60,657 bases of DNA from a virus (lineage: Duplodnaviria > Caudoviricetes), in IMG/VR virus record IMGVR_UViG_3300028895_000276, positions 1 to 60,657 of that record, one strand, 5' to 3'. The translations under genes were made by a program, and so were the position numbers. Below are positions 56,746 through 60,657 of this stretch, piece after piece (position 1 is the first letter of the stretch; the number at the start of each line of letters is the position of its first letter). Below the pieces are notes generated by a model, which made no database searches, had not been told where the DNA came from, and worked only from the letters and a program-made list of their open reading frames with translations.

Positions 56746-57744
56746 CTAGGCTATGCTTGCCTCGTAGCGCACCTTCAAAGCGTCTAGCGCTGCGTCGTCC
56801 CACTCACCGCCAGCCGGGTCTTGGTCGTCCATGTGGGTGTAGTAGTCCCAAGCCGTGGCAAGTGCATGCAGCTCTTGTGAGTCCGTGCCGCCAGAGTCCA
56901 CGCCAACGTATAACCCATCACCGTTAGCCGTGAGCGCCTGAGCCCGTACCCAGGACAGGACCGCCACCGGGGTGAGGGTCGGTTGTGTGAAGTCCTCCAG
57001 GTCTAGCTCGTCCGCGTCGCCGTCCGTGCTGGTTTCGTTGTAGTCGCTATCGCTTGCCGGTGTTTCGTCGACCATGGCGTAGTTGTCGGTCCCCGTACTT
57101 GGTGTGAAGTCATCCTGGCCCGTGTCCGCGTCGGGTCTCAGCTCTACACATCGCAAGTCTCCAAGGTAGCCCAGGTTGCCCCACACCATATCGTCAAAGT
57201 ACCATTCCCGGTAGGACGCGCCGCAGTATATCCGGAAGGAATCCACGCCCGTGGATGAACCCGGCAACGTGTCCCCGCTATAGTCAACGCACTGTTGTCC
57301 GTTTATCTTGATACCCAGAGCGCCGGAGTTGTCAGCGTGCATATACATTTGGACGTGGAAGAAGTCCGGAGTTGCGACAGCGACGCTACCGTCCGCGACC
57401 TTTACGCCGTTGACGTAGGCGTCCAGGGTTGACGCAGCCGTGTCCCACCTAGCCCCGACATACTCGCCGGTGTCCATTTGGTACTCGATGTAGAGCGGGC
57501 CGTATTGCATGCATGCGATGTTCTTTGGCTTGATCCACACAGACAAAGACGGGTAGACTTGCGTGCTTGGGAAATGCCAGCGTCCCCAACCGGAAGCCAG
57601 CCCGCCGATTATCAAACTACGGGAGCCGGTCTTAATATACGTAGCGTTCGTGTTGATGTCCGGGTCGCCGTGGCTGCCGTCGCGGTCCACCGCGGCGAGC
57701 CACTCGTTACCACACTCCCAGCTTCTAGCATCCAGAATTGCCAT
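56746..57744 (-). CDS. Virion protein with a lectin (ConA-like) domain
   Basis: Aromatic/acidic beta-rich sequence, IKING, WYFDD motifs; fibre cluster. Confidence 0.6.
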   Translation of the reverse strand: MAILDARSWECGNEWLAAVDRDGSHGDPDINTNATYIKTGSRSLIIGGLASGWGRWHFPSTQVYPSLSVWIKPKNIACMQYGPLYIEYQMDTGEYVGARWDTAASTLDAYVNGVKVADGSVAVATPDFFHVQMYMHADNSGALGIKINGQQCVDYSGDTLPGSSTGVDSFRIYCGASYREWYFDDMVWGNLGYLGDLRCVELRPDADTGQDDFTPSTGTDNYAMVDETPASDSDYNETSTDGDADELDLEDFTQPTLTPVAVLSWVRAQALTANGDGLYVGVDSGGTDSQELHALATAWDYYTHMDDQDPAGGEWDDAALDALKVRYEASIA

Positions 57745-57754
57745 GGTTTTGCTC

Positions 57755-58819
57755 CTAGCTTAACAAGACGTCGCCAGAACTACCGTAGACGTAGCAACCG
57801 ACCAGGCCGGGGTCCGTTATCGAAGTACCAACGGAAGAGTCTGCAGGTACCCGCACGCCGTACCCAGTCCCCGCGCCGTTTTGCGTTACCTTGATAATGC
57901 AATCGTAGAGGTAGACGGTAGAGGACGCCGCAACTTCCACGCCGTAATAAGTGCTTGTGTCGTTCTCGGATCGCTCGATGGTTAGATTCTCGATCCTGGT
58001 GTCGTCATTCATCGTGACTTCACCGTCTAGGATCGATCCGGTCCTGCTGTGACCACGCAGCACACCGTTAGCCAACGCCCAAGGCCCACCGCTGATGGTT
58101 ATATCCGGCAGAAGACAAACATCGCCGGCTGCCATAGCTGCCAACGCCGAGGTTAGGCCGCCATCAGTCGCTGCGTACTCTGCCACCGGTGAGCCGCCAC
58201 TATCATAGACAAGCACCGTGTCGCCGCCCAGCCCGACTGTATCGCCGCCGGTGACATCAATACCAGGACCCTCAAGGACCGCTGCCAGATACGGTAAGCC
58301 AGCAGGAATATCTGCAGCCACCAACGCTCTGAATGCTGGTTTGGCTGCCGGCGCCGAGGCCGGACCAGCCAGTACCGTGTTCTCAGTCTGTGTATCGAGG
58401 TCGAGTGCTTGTGTGCTGAGGTCGAGGATCGCTTGAATTTCAGCCGATGCTAGGGTGACTGCGTCGTGCACGGTGACGGTGTAGTCGCCGTTGGCGCCGC
58501 CGTCCACCGCCGATGCCCCGCCTGCCAGCACGAATCGCCGCTCATCCGTAAGCGTCCCATTAAGCGCCAGTGTTAGATATTGCGCGTCAACTGGTGCGCC
58601 GCCACCGCCACCGCCACCGCCGGTGCATTCCGTCCAGGCTGTACCCTCTACGCTGGACGTATTAGCATAGAGCCGTTGGTTGGTAACATCCCAACACAAC
58701 GAACTCTCGCGTGCGTTCAGCACACCATCGGGTGACCCAGCATACCACAACAGGATAGGTGTTTTGGCCAACAACGCTTGAATCTTGCGGATCCGTTCTG
58801 CTAGCCCAACCTCACCCAT
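57755..58819 (-). CDS. Tail fibre/spike protein with a beta-helix-like C-terminus
   Basis: GSPDG, polyGly linker, VLAGP....PAFRALVAADIP fibre motif, AL.A..AGD..LLP beta-helix cap. Confidence 0.7.
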   Translation of the reverse strand: MGEVGLAERIRKIQALLAKTPILLWYAGSPDGVLNARESSLCWDVTNQRLYANTSSVEGTAWTECTGGGGGGGGAPVDAQYLTLALNGTLTDERRFVLAGGASAVDGGANGDYTVTVHDAVTLASAEIQAILDLSTQALDLDTQTENTVLAGPASAPAAKPAFRALVAADIPAGLPYLAAVLEGPGIDVTGGDTVGLGGDTVLVYDSGGSPVAEYAATDGGLTSALAAMAAGDVCLLPDITISGGPWALANGVLRGHSRTGSILDGEVTMNDDTRIENLTIERSENDTSTYYGVEVAASSTVYLYDCIIKVTQNGAGTGYGVRVPADSSVGTSITDPGLVGCYVYGSSGDVLLS

Positions 58820-60029
58820 CGATGAAGTCTCCCATCTCTGGTGTCACCGTGACCACACCATCGTCTGCAGACGCCGAGACCCGTACAGCCGTCACTTTAC
58901 GATCAACCTGCCTACCGTATACGGTGTCTTCGGCAGTAACGAGGTCGCCAACTTGCCAGTGTACGCCGTAGCGGCTGGACAGAATCTGCTTAGTCTCTAC
59001 ATCTACCTCGACCTCTGGCCAGTTGTTGTATAGCTCTCCGCTAGCAATCGCGTTGAGTGCCGCCTGGTCTACCGCGTCGCGCTCCTCACGAATTATAACC
59101 TTGCGTGCCCAATCTGTCAAGGACGTTAGCGTGATATCGTAAGCCGTACCGCTCTTCTGCAACGGTCCTACACCCTGCCCGTGCACTATCACACCACTCA
59201 CAGACCCTAGGTACGAGATGCTGCTCTGCACGGATCCTACGTTCTGCATACGTGCCGAGAACAGCATAGGCCGGCGCACGCCGTTGCCAACACGCTTATC
59301 CAGACCCCAGTGTGGTGATCGCCACTGGAACTGCAGCAGCCTGTCGCCGGTTTGCACGACCATGTAGTCGCCAGGACCGGTGGTCACGTTGGCTATCTCC
59401 TGCAGCACATCGCCCAGCAGCTTGTACGAACGATCGCCGCTCCACGTACCACCCGTGCCACCGTCACTCTCTACACTCAAACCGGTGCGCACGCGACTGT
59501 ACCCGCCTGCGTCTAGGCCGGCTCCAGGACCGATGTTCTCGTTAACGTAGGCTTTGGCCACGGTCTCTGCAGCACCGGACTTCGAAGCGCCGCTGGTGCT
59601 CTCTGCGTAGTCGATGAACTCCGTGTACAGCACTTCGTTGTTGCCCCTGCCCCACACGCTAGAACTGTACACGCCATCTGCACCCTGGTTAAGCTTAGGC
59701 TGCGTCAGCACCATTCCTGAGAAGTCACGCCACCAGCCAGGACGCGCACTGTCCTTGCGGTAGGTCGGTAGCGACGCCAGGAACGCGTCGTACTCAGCAC
59801 CGCCGTAGAGGTCACGTAGCCAGAACTCCATAGTGTGGTAGGGTAGTACCTGCAGAACCCGCTCGTCATCGGCGTTAAACCCTATGTTCCAACTACCGGG
59901 TGTCCGCAGTCGCTTGTAGTAGCCGGCACGACGCATCCCACCGGGAGAGGTACCGCGTCGCCCTCTCCCAATGAACTCGTTGAGCTTCTCGCCCGCGTAG
60001 CCCCGGTGTACTACAAGTAGCTCGTGCAT
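58812..60029 (-). CDS. Minor tail (Tal/hub, siphovirus gp37-like) protein
   Basis: Position after Dit-associated genes; V.GQG.G and YGVHWQVGDLVTA motifs. Confidence 0.75.
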   Translation of the reverse strand: MHELLVVHRGYAGEKLNEFIGRGRRGTSPGGMRRAGYYKRLRTPGSWNIGFNADDERVLQVLPYHTMEFWLRDLYGGAEYDAFLASLPTYRKDSARPGWWRDFSGMVLTQPKLNQGADGVYSSSVWGRGNNEVLYTEFIDYAESTSGASKSGAAETVAKAYVNENIGPGAGLDAGGYSRVRTGLSVESDGGTGGTWSGDRSYKLLGDVLQEIANVTTGPGDYMVVQTGDRLLQFQWRSPHWGLDKRVGNGVRRPMLFSARMQNVGSVQSSISYLGSVSGVIVHGQGVGPLQKSGTAYDITLTSLTDWARKVIIREERDAVDQAALNAIASGELYNNWPEVEVDVETKQILSSRYGVHWQVGDLVTAEDTVYGRQVDRKVTAVRVSASADDGVVTVTPEMGDFIDG

Positions 60030-60030
60030 C

Positions 60031-60657
60031 CTACCGCTTCCAGCCCCAATACTTGAAGACCCAGCCCCAGATATACACCGCGGAACCGGTCAGAGTGTCA
60101 GAGCCCAAATCTGCATACCTTGCGAATTGGAATGTTAGGATGTCCCCGAGTTCTGGCGTTGACGTGTCAAGCGTAATGGGGAAGAACCTTTGGTACTTGC
60201 CGAAGTCCGCAGCACCACCCCATGCCTCTGTCCCCAGAGACCCGCCACCAGCTTGCGCCGAAGCAGTCGCCTCTTTCCACCTCACCACACCAGTGAATCC
60301 GTAAAGATCGCCGGTTGCCACCAATGCCCCAAGGTAACCACAAGACCAGGCCAGAGGGTCCGTGTCGTCAATGTAGTTTTGTGGGACGTGACAAACGCCC
60401 TCAACGAAATTCCGCACAGAGTCAGGACACACACCGACCGGGTCGCCTGCAGAATCCTCGCCTATGTATTGCGTTGTGGTGCTTGTGTACTCTTCGACAG
60501 CCGCAGCAGGCACGAAAAGCTCTACCCACTCAGCGTCGACAAACTCGCGGTCGTAATGGTCGGAGAGATTCGAGACCACCGGGACCGAGCTTATGTCATA
60601 GGTCGCTAGCTCCAACATCCAAATGTCGCCCGCCACCGCTATGTCTTGCGTAAGCGC
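60031..60657 (-). CDS. 3' part of the junction-spanning tail protein (starts at 621)
   Basis: In frame with 1..621 through the terminal repeat. Confidence 0.85.
   Translation of the reverse strand, partial: ALTQDIAVAGDIWMLELATYDISSVPVVSNLSDHYDREFVDAEWVELFVPAAAVEEYTSTTTQYIGEDSAGDPVGVCPDSVRNFVEGVCHVPQNYIDDTDPLAWSCGYLGALVATGDLYGFTGVVRWKEATASAQAGGGSLGTEAWGGAADFGKYQRFFPITLDTSTPELGDILTFQFARYADLGSDTLTGSAVYIWGWVFKYWGWKR
60514..60657. repeat. Terminal direct repeat, identical to 1-144
   Basis: Exact match. Confidence 0.97.

Noticed and set aside
1-60657. Stop-codon reassignment suggested by frequent TAG
   Set aside because: Long ORFs tile the genome in the standard code and many end at TAG right before the next RBS.
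1-60657. tRNA, rRNA, integrase or transposase genes
   Set aside because: No recognisable motif; intergenic space is explained by promoters and hairpins. A tRNA scan would confirm.

Overview
The window is a complete circular genome of a GC-rich, long-tailed dsDNA phage (siphovirus layout, no sheath or integrase recognised). Bases 1-144 repeat exactly at 60514-60657, so the unit length is about 60,513 bp, and one tail gene crosses the junction. The minus strand carries packaging, head, tail, fibre and lysis genes (24.7 kb down to 1, then 60.6 kb down to 50.1 kb). The plus strand (27.5-50 kb) carries early cassettes, replication genes and nucleotide metabolism. The main result is an apparent 2-aminoadenine (Z-genome) pathway that is unusually self-contained. 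It has a PurZ/PurZ0-type synthetase (Ser at the PurA catalytic Asp), a phage-encoded PurB lyase, a MazZ-like pyrophosphatase, a nucleoside-deoxyribosyltransferase/dUTPase fusion in place of DatZ, and a divergent family A polymerase. An NPPY DNA amino-methyltransferase lies in the middle of this block. Non-coding structure is also rich: four near-identical promoter cassettes, a 14-bp palindromic operator at two fixed promoter geometries, five copies of a ~105-nt intergenic hairpin, and an AT-rich inverted repeat inside the Prim-Pol gene. Two sulfotransferases and a double glycosyltransferase sit in the head module. All calls come from reading motifs by eye; no searches were run, and the host is unknown.
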